From contig JBJEGD010000015.1 of the NCBI GenBank assembly GCA_051874735.1, positions 1-12,029 on the forward strand: a stretch of DNA of 12,029 nucleotides, read 5' to 3'. This DNA comes from Candidatus Bruticola sp. (GTDB lineage: Bacteria > Vulcanimicrobiota > Xenobia > Xenobiales > Xenobiaceae). The notes under the pieces are model-generated. The model saw only the letters and a program-made list of their open reading frames with translations, was not told the origin of the DNA and searched no databases. A program made the position numbers and the translations under genes. Position 1 is the first letter of the stretch. Each line of letters begins with the position of its first letter. This document shows, one piece after another, positions 1 to 6,988 of this stretch.

Positions 1-12
1 AAGTTTTTCAAT

Positions 13-54
13 AAAAAAAGAACGTTCTGTTAGAAAAACAGGGCGTTTTTTTTT
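13..54. terminator. Probable bidirectional intrinsic terminator
   Basis: AAAAAAAGAACGTTCTGTT (13-31) pairs with AACAGGGCGTTTTTTTTT (37-54) using G-U pairs; A-tract before and T-tract after the stem. Confidence 0.7.
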
Positions 55-207
55 GTTTTTTTCTGGTAAGCTAACGCCAATGAAACGAAAAGAGATCGGG
101 TCACTCACTTTCTGCCTCTTATATGATTGTATCCGTTTATTTGGAGGAGAGAAAATAATCTGCTGGAAAACGAAAAAAAATTTGTGGAGTAATACAAACT
201 AACGATC

Positions 208-1575
208 ATGCGCAGACTAACATTCTTAATTTTAATGTTGCTTTTCATCTGTTCGGCTGCACCTCTGGCTTCGCGTGCCAATACGGAGTCGGCAGCGTCT
301 TTAAATTATCATCCTTACAACGAGTTAGGAATAAAAGTTATGACTCGCGGCAATGCTTTCAACGTAGCTGAGCTGCTGGCCGATCCTTCAGTCCGTATCT
401 TTATACTTCAGGTACCTTTTGAACAGTTCGATCTCTCTTGTTGTCCTGATATTATCAATTGGGTGCGTCAGGGCCATTCTTTATGGTTTTACGATTCGCG
501 CTATGCGCCCTATTTCGGTATGAAGGCTTACGCTCTTTCCGGCCAGCAGTTTAAAGGGCGCGATGAATCTGGAGAGTTGGGTGAGCATAAATACAGCGGA
601 CGAGCTGCCGGCGTGCTTTGCTTGAGCAAGCAAAATGTAATGTCTGGCGTTGGTCAATGCACTGTCTTCCTTCCTTTAGTCGGTCAAGATAATTACAGTG
701 CCGTAGCTTTGGGAGGTGATACTCTGCCTTTACTCCAGTTCGCTTCCGATTCTCCAGCTTTGGCTGCTATGCGCCGTGATGGAAAAGGATTAGTGGTCTT
801 TAAGCCGCTGTTGTGGCCCGAATCTCTGTCTGGTAAACGTTTCCAGTATAATTTATTGGAGTACTCAGCCGGCTTTGGTGTGCCCGGCATAGGTGGCGAA
901 GGACGTATCGGCGAGTTTATCGGTCCTGAAGCCGATTATATTCAGACTAATTTTAAAGCAGAAGCCATGATTAAAGCCCCTCAAGAGAATATCACTGAAG
1001 CGGGCGGAGGGTACGTATACGCTAAGTCCGTCAAAGATAATCAGGTTTCGGCTGAGGCTGTAGCTGCGTCTCAGGTTGAAAAAAATAAGTCAGGTGCTAC
1101 AGATAGGCATAATACTTCCAGTGAGGGGCGTTGGTCCGATAAATTCTCAGAAGGAAGCCGCTTAAATGATGAGGCTGATACTAAATTAGAATCTAAAATT
1201 CTCACCGAATCAGCTCAAGCTGAGCCTGTGCCCTCAGTAGATACTCCCAATCTTGAAATGGCGGAAGGGAGCAATTTCGATATCGTAGTTTTGCGCGGTG
1301 GCGATACCTTTATCGGACGCTGCCATAACCGCGAAATTATGTTGGAAACTACCTCTGAAAGTGTGAAAGCTGCGCCTGCCGATTTCAAGAGCATTCTTTT
1401 CAGTACTGACAGCTGGAGTCTCGATAAATGTGAAATGGAAGATGGCCGCCATTTATCTGGCTATATGCTTACTAACGAGTTCTATTTCTCTAATGAAGTT
1501 GGCGATCGTACTTTCAAAAAAGAAGCGATTAAGAATATCCGTTTCCGAGTTCCTGCCGAGCAGATTAAACACTAG
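208..1575 (+). CDS. Secreted hypothetical protein: signal peptide, putative class I glutamine amidotransferase-like domain, acidic linker and two C-terminal 42-aa repeats
   Basis: 455-aa ORF. MRRLTFLILMLLFICSAAPLASRA has a basic, hydrophobic, small-residue Sec-signal pattern. IINWVRQGHSLWF and RRDGKGLVVF...YNLLEY resemble GATase1-like (ThuA/DUF4350-type) folds; the domain call is inference. Confidence 0.75.
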   Translation: MRRLTFLILMLLFICSAAPLASRANTESAASLNYHPYNELGIKVMTRGNAFNVAELLADPSVRIFILQVPFEQFDLSCCPDIINWVRQGHSLWFYDSRYAPYFGMKAYALSGQQFKGRDESGELGEHKYSGRAAGVLCLSKQNVMSGVGQCTVFLPLVGQDNYSAVALGGDTLPLLQFASDSPALAAMRRDGKGLVVFKPLLWPESLSGKRFQYNLLEYSAGFGVPGIGGEGRIGEFIGPEADYIQTNFKAEAMIKAPQENITEAGGGYVYAKSVKDNQVSAEAVAASQVEKNKSGATDRHNTSSEGRWSDKFSEGSRLNDEADTKLESKILTESAQAEPVPSVDTPNLEMAEGSNFDIVVLRGGDTFIGRCHNREIMLETTSESVKAAPADFKSILFSTDSWSLDKCEMEDGRHLSGYMLTNEFYFSNEVGDRTFKKEAIKNIRFRVPAEQIKH

Positions 1576-1590
1576 TTTTGTTTACTCATT

Positions 1591-1619
1591 TTGTAGCGTT
1601 TCAGCAGTTAGTCTATAAC
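1591..1619 (+). promoter_or_regulatory. Possible sigma70-type promoter for hslU
   Basis: TTGTAG (1591-1596), 17 bp spacer, TATAAC (1614-1619), upstream of the AGGAG RBS at 1640-1644. The match is imperfect. Confidence 0.3.
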
Positions 1620-1652
1620 TGCAGATGCGTTATTTTTTTAGGAGTGCCAATT

Positions 1653-3647
1653 ATGAGTTCAGATGATCCGCAAAATTTTGATGAGTTGTTTCAACGTATA
1701 AAGCAAGAATTGCACGGTTTATATGATATGGGAGAAAATCCAGCCCAGGTACAGCAGCTCATGGTTGAGGCTGTGCAGGACATGCTTAAACAGTCCGCTG
1801 ATCAGAGTCAAAAATTCCAAGAAAATATAAAAGCCTGCCAGGAGGCTATTTCCTCAATTTCTCCCCACTTAGAGGCTGAAGGTAATACGAGCAGTAGTTC
1901 TGCTCCTCAATTTCTGTTCGGGGCTGATTTAGAGAAATTCCGTCAAGAAATGGAAAAGAAACAGAAAGAAGTTACTAAAGTCGGCGAGCAGACGGAGACA
2001 GCAGACCATTTAGACAAAATCGGTTTGTCCAAGTCAGCGGAGCCTAAAAAAGAAAGGGAAGAGGACGACCACAGCTCTACAAAAGCTGAATCTAAAGCCG
2101 ATGGTAGCATAGGTTTAACTGAAAAAGAGAAAAACGAACCTAAAGCGACAGAAACAGACGAAAGCAAGCCCGATTTCACTGCTTATCCTCTGGAAAATTT
2201 ATTCAGCGGTTGTCAAGGAGAAGATCATGACCGCGCTGACAAAATCAATCTCGACGATCAGCTTACGCCTCGTCAGGTGGTTGAAGCTCTCGATCGCTAC
2301 ATCGTGGGCCAAGAACAAGCTAAAAAAGCGGTAGCTATATCGCTGCGCAACCGCTATCGCCGGGAAAAACTGCAGAGCGAGCTGCGGGAAGAAATTATTC
2401 CCAAAAACATTTTAATGGTCGGTCCTACCGGAGTTGGTAAAACGGAAATAGCCCGCCGTTTGGCTAAATTGATGGGCGCTCCTTTCCTTAAAGTAGAAGC
2501 TACTAAATATACTGAAGTTGGCTATGTAGGCCGCGATGTCGAATCGATGATTCGAGATTTGGCCTTAGTAGGGATGCGCATGGTAGAGCGCGAGCGTCTC
2601 AGCAAAGTCAAACATGAAGCTAGAGAGGCCGCTTTGGCGCGTCTTTTAGATAGCCTGCAAGGACGAAAACCTAATATTAAGAATACCGGCAATCGCTCTA
2701 TATTTGAAGAAGTCTTCGGCCGCAAAGGAGATAACAAACAAAGTGTCAATCTCAATCCCGATTTAGCTTCTTTGAGCCGAGCTGAACTTTACGAACGTCT
2801 TTACAAAGGTCAATTAGACGATCGCTTAGTGGAAATTGAACTGGAAGGGGAATCTTCTCCGGAAGTTCAGGTTATAACTGGAGATAGCGAAGAATTAGGC
2901 GTCAATTTCCAAGATATATTAGGTCCAATGTTACCTAAGAAATACTCGCACCATAAGTTGCCCGTGCAGAGAGCTTTCCAAATGCTGGAAGCTGAAGAAG
3001 CTAAAAAGCTGGTCGATGGCGACGACATTAAACAGGCTGCAGTAGAACTCATTGAAAATCAGGCAATTATATTCCTAGATGAACTTGACAAGATTGCCGA
3101 TCGCGAAGGAAGTAAAAGCGGTCCTGACGTCTCCCGAGAAGGTGTGCAGCGTGATATTTTGCCCATAGTAGAAGGTTGTTCCGTAAATACGAAAATCGGA
3201 CCGATCCGCACCGATCATATACTTTTTATTGCCGCCGGTGCTTTCCATGAAACTAAGCCCTCCGATTTAATACCCGAGTTGCAGGGGCGCTTTCCTATTC
3301 GTGTGACTTTAGACAGTTTAAAAAAAGAAGATTTCAAGCGGATACTCACTGAACCTAAAAATTCTCTGACTCGTCAATATAAGGAGCTGCTGAGCACCGA
3401 AGGAGTAGACGTCGAATTCACCGATGAGGCCATCGATGAATTAGCTTCTATGGCTTGTCAAGTAAACGAGCAAAACGAAAATATTGGCGCTCGCCGTCTG
3501 CACACACTTTTAGAGAGAGTTTTAGAAAAAATTTCTTTTGAAGCTCCGGAAATGGAAAAAGGTCAGTTCGTTATCGACCGTGATTATGTGCTGGCCGAGT
3601 TGAATGACATCTGCCAGAGCCGCGATCTGTCGCGCTTTATTTTATAA
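1653..3647 (+). CDS. hslU: ATP-dependent protease ATPase subunit HslU (ClpY) with about 200 aa N-terminal extension
   Basis: LTPRQVVEALDRYIVGQ, Walker A GPTGVGKT, pore loop KVEATKYTEVGYVGRDVESMIRDL, Walker B IIFLDELDK, VSREGVQRDILP, ELQGRFPIRV, ENIGARRLHT and C-terminal DLSRFIL. The start is moved from TTG 1578 to ATG 1653, which has AGGAG 8 nt upstream (664 aa). Confidence 0.96.
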   Translation: MSSDDPQNFDELFQRIKQELHGLYDMGENPAQVQQLMVEAVQDMLKQSADQSQKFQENIKACQEAISSISPHLEAEGNTSSSSAPQFLFGADLEKFRQEMEKKQKEVTKVGEQTETADHLDKIGLSKSAEPKKEREEDDHSSTKAESKADGSIGLTEKEKNEPKATETDESKPDFTAYPLENLFSGCQGEDHDRADKINLDDQLTPRQVVEALDRYIVGQEQAKKAVAISLRNRYRREKLQSELREEIIPKNILMVGPTGVGKTEIARRLAKLMGAPFLKVEATKYTEVGYVGRDVESMIRDLALVGMRMVERERLSKVKHEAREAALARLLDSLQGRKPNIKNTGNRSIFEEVFGRKGDNKQSVNLNPDLASLSRAELYERLYKGQLDDRLVEIELEGESSPEVQVITGDSEELGVNFQDILGPMLPKKYSHHKLPVQRAFQMLEAEEAKKLVDGDDIKQAAVELIENQAIIFLDELDKIADREGSKSGPDVSREGVQRDILPIVEGCSVNTKIGPIRTDHILFIAAGAFHETKPSDLIPELQGRFPIRVTLDSLKKEDFKRILTEPKNSLTRQYKELLSTEGVDVEFTDEAIDELASMACQVNEQNENIGARRLHTLLERVLEKISFEAPEMEKGQFVIDRDYVLAELNDICQSRDLSRFIL

Positions 3648-3679
3648 GTTCTTTTCTTTAGCAAAGGTCTTTTTGTTTA

Positions 3680-3709
3680 TTGACTGCATACAGTCGCAAA
3701 TGATAGAAT
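3680..3709 (+). promoter_or_regulatory. Sigma70-type promoter of the rpsB-tsf operon with extended -10
   Basis: TTGACT (3680-3685), 18 bp spacer, TG at 3701-3702 and TAGAAT at 3704-3709. Confidence 0.7.
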
Positions 3710-3715
3710 ACCCTT

Positions 3716-3950
3716 GCAATTTTCAGCCTGCCGTTTTTTGCCTAAGCTGAGGCAGAGCTGAACTTATAAGTCGCAGCAGTTTGTTCTTTAGTGCTCTGGG
3801 TGCCCCCGTTCAGAAATATATCCTTTGCTATTTTGAGCGTAGGCGAACGAGGGTGAGAGCGCTTTTTGGAAACTGCGAGGTGGCGCGGCTGCTTTTTAAC
3901 TTAAATAAACTACATAATAAAGCCGCGTCGGTAAAACCCAGGAGGATAAA
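3716..3950 (+). promoter_or_regulatory. Structured rpsB 5' leader (S2 autoregulatory element-like)
   Basis: Nested stems GCAGTTT/AAACTGC, GTGCTCT/AGAGCGC and CCCCGTTC/GAACGAGGG. GGGTG at 3798-3802, GAGG at 3877-3880 and AACCC at 3935-3939 lie before the SD AGGAGG, the arrangement known from S2-binding leaders. Confidence 0.65.
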
Positions 3951-4850
3951 ATGGCATTAATCAGCATGAAGCAGCTCTTAGAAGCCGGTGTTCACTTCGG
4001 TCACCAGACCCGCCGCTGGAACCCCAAGATGGCGAAATTCATCTTCACCCAGCGCAACGGTATCTATATTATCGACTTGCAGAAGACCGTAGCTAAACTT
4101 AAAGAGGCTTATGCTTTCTTGAAAGCCGTTGTCAAGGGGCAGTACGATTACGAGAACCGCCGTATCACCGAAGTTCCTATGTTTGACCCCCGCCCTGTTC
4201 TGTTTGTAGGAACCAAAAAACAGGCTCAGGATACTATCGCTGAAGACGCCGTGCGCTGCAACGAGTTCTTCGTAACTCAGCGTTGGCTGGGCGGCATGCT
4301 CACTAACTGGAAGACCATCCAGACCCGTATTGCTCGTCTGCGCGAATTGGAAAATATGCGTGAAGATGGCACCTACGACAGCCTCACCAAAAAAGAAGTT
4401 CTTCGCTTAGAAGATGAGCGCAAAAAGCTCGAGAAGTTCTTGGGCGGCATCAAGAACATGAAGAGCCTGCCCGGTGCTCTGTTTGTAGTCGATCCTCGCA
4501 AAGAGTATATCGCCGTCAACGAAGCCCGCAAGTTGGGTATCCCTGTTGTAGCTATTGTCGATACTAACTGCGATCCCGATGTAATCGACTATCCTATTCC
4601 CGGCAACGATGACGCTATCCGCGCTGTCCGTCTGCTTACCGGCAAGATCGCTGACGCCGTTATCGAAGGCAAGTCTGAGATGGAAGTAGTTATCGAGGAA
4701 GCCTCTGTTGAGTCTGCCGAAATCAGCGATGAAGCTGCCGAAGAGACCGTCGAAAATGCCGAAGCTATTACTAAGGAAGTAGCTAAGAGCTTCACTGAAG
4801 AGAAGAACGACAACGACATCCCCGGCGGCGTATGGCGCGCTGAAGACTAA
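3951..4850 (+). CDS. rpsB: 30S ribosomal protein S2 (uS2)
   Basis: [42 protein letters not shown] and DTNCDPD...[11 protein letters not shown]; SD AGGAGG at 3940-3945. Confidence 0.99.
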   Translation: MALISMKQLLEAGVHFGHQTRRWNPKMAKFIFTQRNGIYIIDLQKTVAKLKEAYAFLKAVVKGQYDYENRRITEVPMFDPRPVLFVGTKKQAQDTIAEDAVRCNEFFVTQRWLGGMLTNWKTIQTRIARLRELENMREDGTYDSLTKKEVLRLEDERKKLEKFLGGIKNMKSLPGALFVVDPRKEYIAVNEARKLGIPVVAIVDTNCDPDVIDYPIPGNDDAIRAVRLLTGKIADAVIEGKSEMEVVIEEASVESAEISDEAAEETVENAEAITKEVAKSFTEEKNDNDIPGGVWRAED

Positions 4851-4865
4851 TCAGTAATTTTTACC

Positions 4866-4920
4866 AGGCGGAGGAGGCCTTAACAAGATAAGCTTAGTTT
4901 TAGTCTCTTCTGCTTTTTCT
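4866..4920 (+). terminator. Weak terminator or attenuator hairpin between rpsB and tsf
   Basis: GCGGAGGAGGC (4868-4878) pairs with GTCTCTTCTGC (4903-4913), followed by TTTTTCT; the loop is large. Confidence 0.5.
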
Positions 4921-4951
4921 GTGCGAATATTTTCAAGAGGTATACATTTTA

Positions 4952-5551
4952 ATGGCTACAGTTACTGCTGCTCAAGTAAAAGAACTCCGCGATCTTACCA
5001 GCGCTGGTATGATGGACTGCCGCAACGCTCTCAAAGAGTGCGACGGCGATATTAAAAAAGCTCAAGAGTGGCTGCGCCGCAAGGGCATGTCCAAGGCCGA
5101 GAGCAAGTCTTCCCGCAACGCTTCCGAAGGACGCGTAGGTTGCTACATGCACCACACTGGTAAAGTTGGTGTGTTGGTAGAGCTCTACTGCGAAACTGAC
5201 TTCGTAGCTAAAACCGAAGATTTCCAAGAGCTGCTCAAAGACATCTGCTTGCAGATCGCTTCCATGAATCCCAGCTACGTATCTCGCGAGCAAGTTCCCG
5301 CCGATTTCATTCAGAAAGAGATCGAAGGCTACAAGAAGAACGCCATTGAAAACGGCAAGCCTGAGCAGATCGCTGAAAAGATTGCCCAGGGTCAGGTGGA
5401 CAGCTTCCTTAAAGAGAGAGTGCTCCTCGAGCAGCCTTTCGTAAAAGATAATAGCGTTACCATTGGCGACAAAATTAAGCAAGTCATTGGCAAGCTCGGT
5501 GAGAACATCGTTGTCAAGCGCTTCTGCCGCATGGCTGTTGGTGAAGACTAA
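4952..5551 (+). CDS. tsf: Translation elongation factor Ts, short (about 200 aa) form
   Basis: VKELRDLTSAGMMDCRNAL, CETDFVA, LLEQPFVKD and KLGENIVVKRF; follows rpsB; SD AGAGGT upstream. Confidence 0.98.
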   Translation: MATVTAAQVKELRDLTSAGMMDCRNALKECDGDIKKAQEWLRRKGMSKAESKSSRNASEGRVGCYMHHTGKVGVLVELYCETDFVAKTEDFQELLKDICLQIASMNPSYVSREQVPADFIQKEIEGYKKNAIENGKPEQIAEKIAQGQVDSFLKERVLLEQPFVKDNSVTIGDKIKQVIGKLGENIVVKRFCRMAVGED

Positions 5552-5587
5552 TAATAGTTTTCGTTTTAAGTCGGTTTGATTATGAGA

Positions 5588-5635
5588 GCCTCGTTTTTTT
5601 AAACCTCGAGTTTGAAAAGGCGGGGCCTTTTTTTT
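5588..5635 (+). terminator. Intrinsic terminator after tsf
   Basis: GCCTCGTTTTTTTAAAC pairs with GTTTGAAAAGGCGGGGC, followed by a T8 tract. Confidence 0.7.
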
Positions 5636-5721
5636 CGCATCTGCACCGATTTGACCGAGATTAGCGTCGCTGGGCGAGCTGAGCCGGTCTGGCGCACTTA
5701 GATAGAGAGGTACTGGCTAAA

Positions 5722-6435
5722 TTGCGGTTTAAGCGTATTTTATTGAAATTGTCCGGCGAAGTGCTGGCTGGTCAGCGCGGTTTTGGTATTGAGCAAGAAG
5801 CTGTTTTCAGCTATGCTGAGCAGGTAGCTGAAGTAGCTGCTAGCGGAGTAGAAATAGGCATAGTTTTAGGTGGAGGTAACTTTTGGCGGGCGCGAATGGC
5901 TCCCTATATGGATCGCTGTCGTGCCGATTCTATGGGCATGTTGGCCACTATAATGAACGGTTTAGCTTTTGCCGATGCGCTTAGAGCTAAAGGATGCGAA
6001 GCTGTTGTTATGTCGGCTGTGCATGCTCCTCAGTTCGCCCAGCTTTTCGATGCCGAAGCTGCCCGCAAACATTTGGCAGCCAAGCGGATCGTTATTTTCG
6101 CCGGCGGTACAGGTAACCCTTATTTTACTACTGACTCTGGAGCCGCGTTGCGCGGTTTGCAAATTGAGGCCGATATCGTTATTAAAGGTACTCTGACTGA
6201 TGGAGTTTATGACAGCGATCCCCACAAGAATCCTGAGGCTAAGCGTTTTGACTCTCTGACTTTTACAGAGGCTCTCGAACGCGGTTTAAAAGTTATGGAT
6301 AGTACAGCTTTTTCTCTGTGCCGTGACAATGATTTACCCGTGTACGTGTTTAATATTACCGTACCTGGCAATTTGTACAAAGTTGTTGTTGACGGTGCCC
6401 AGTTAGGCACTTTAGTTAAGGAGGAACTCCAGTGA
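5722..6435 (+). CDS. pyrH: UMP kinase
   Basis: KRILLKLSGE, GGGNFWR, ADSMGMLATIMNG, GTGNPYFTTDSGAALR, DGVYDSDP and LKVMDSTA; TTG start with GAGAGG upstream. Confidence 0.98.
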   Translation: MRFKRILLKLSGEVLAGQRGFGIEQEAVFSYAEQVAEVAASGVEIGIVLGGGNFWRARMAPYMDRCRADSMGMLATIMNGLAFADALRAKGCEAVVMSAVHAPQFAQLFDAEAARKHLAAKRIVIFAGGTGNPYFTTDSGAALRGLQIEADIVIKGTLTDGVYDSDPHKNPEAKRFDSLTFTEALERGLKVMDSTAFSLCRDNDLPVYVFNITVPGNLYKVVVDGAQLGTLVKEELQ

Positions 6436-6983
6436 TAGATCCTAGTATACGCAAAAACGCTGAAGAGAAAATGAAAAAGACTCGTGAGAGTTTAGTGCGC
6501 AGTTTCTCTACTATCAGAACCGGTAGGGCTACTCCCGTTCTTTTAGATCGAATTTTGGTTGAAGCTTACGGTTCAGAAATGCCTATCAATCAGTTAGCTA
6601 CTGTCGGTATGCCTGAAGCTCGCATGCTCACTATTACTCCTTTCGATAAAAAGAATATTACCGCTATCGAGAAGGCTATTCAAAAATCTGATTTGGGCAT
6701 CAATCCGTCTAATGATGGCGTCATGATTCGCTTGGTGTTCCCTCCTTTAACCGAAGATCGCCGCAAAGAGCTAGTTAAGCAAGCTAAAAAAATGACTGAA
6801 GAAGCTAAGGTTTCTATGCGCAACATACGCCGTGAAGCTATGGAAGGCTTGAAAAAGCTTGACGGAGCCCCCGAAGACGAAGTCAAAAAGGCTCAAGACG
6901 AAATTCAGAAGATGCTCGACAAGTATATTGAAGAGCTCGGTAAAGTATTCTCGGGTAAAGAAAAAGAAATTATGGAAGTTTAG
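6432..6983 (+). CDS. frr: Ribosome recycling factor
   Basis: IRTGRATP, YGSEMPINQLA, SDLGINPSNDG, PPLTEDRRKELVK and RNIRR; GTGA overlap with the pyrH stop and AAGGAGG SD. Confidence 0.98.
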   Translation: MIDPSIRKNAEEKMKKTRESLVRSFSTIRTGRATPVLLDRILVEAYGSEMPINQLATVGMPEARMLTITPFDKKNITAIEKAIQKSDLGINPSNDGVMIRLVFPPLTEDRRKELVKQAKKMTEEAKVSMRNIRREAMEGLKKLDGAPEDEVKKAQDEIQKMLDKYIEELGKVFSGKEKEIMEV

Positions 6984-6988
6984 GCCAA

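Noticed and set aside
80-202. 40-codon ORF (MKRKEIGSLTF...) ending 5 nt before the first gene
   Set aside because: No SD before its ATG, AT-rich intergenic character and no recognisable motif; cannot be supported.
1578-1652. ORF-track start of hslU at TTG 1578
   Set aside because: No SD; ATG 1653 has AGGAG at good spacing, and the intervening DNA looks intergenic.
2010-2150. Weak duplication IGL...EPK in the HslU linker
   Set aside because: Too short and degenerate within a low-complexity region to call a repeat.
4949-5482. 177-aa antisense ORF over tsf
   Set aside because: Shadow ORF explained by the biased codon usage of a highly expressed gene.
4841-5552. rpsB and tsf both end in TGAAGACTAAT
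   Set aside because: An 11-nt match from preferred Glu-Asp-stop codons; no further similarity.
5700-5714. AGAGAGGT resembling part of a PyrR-binding loop upstream of pyrH
   Set aside because: It lacks the ARUCC half of the motif and a downstream terminator; more simply the pyrH SD.
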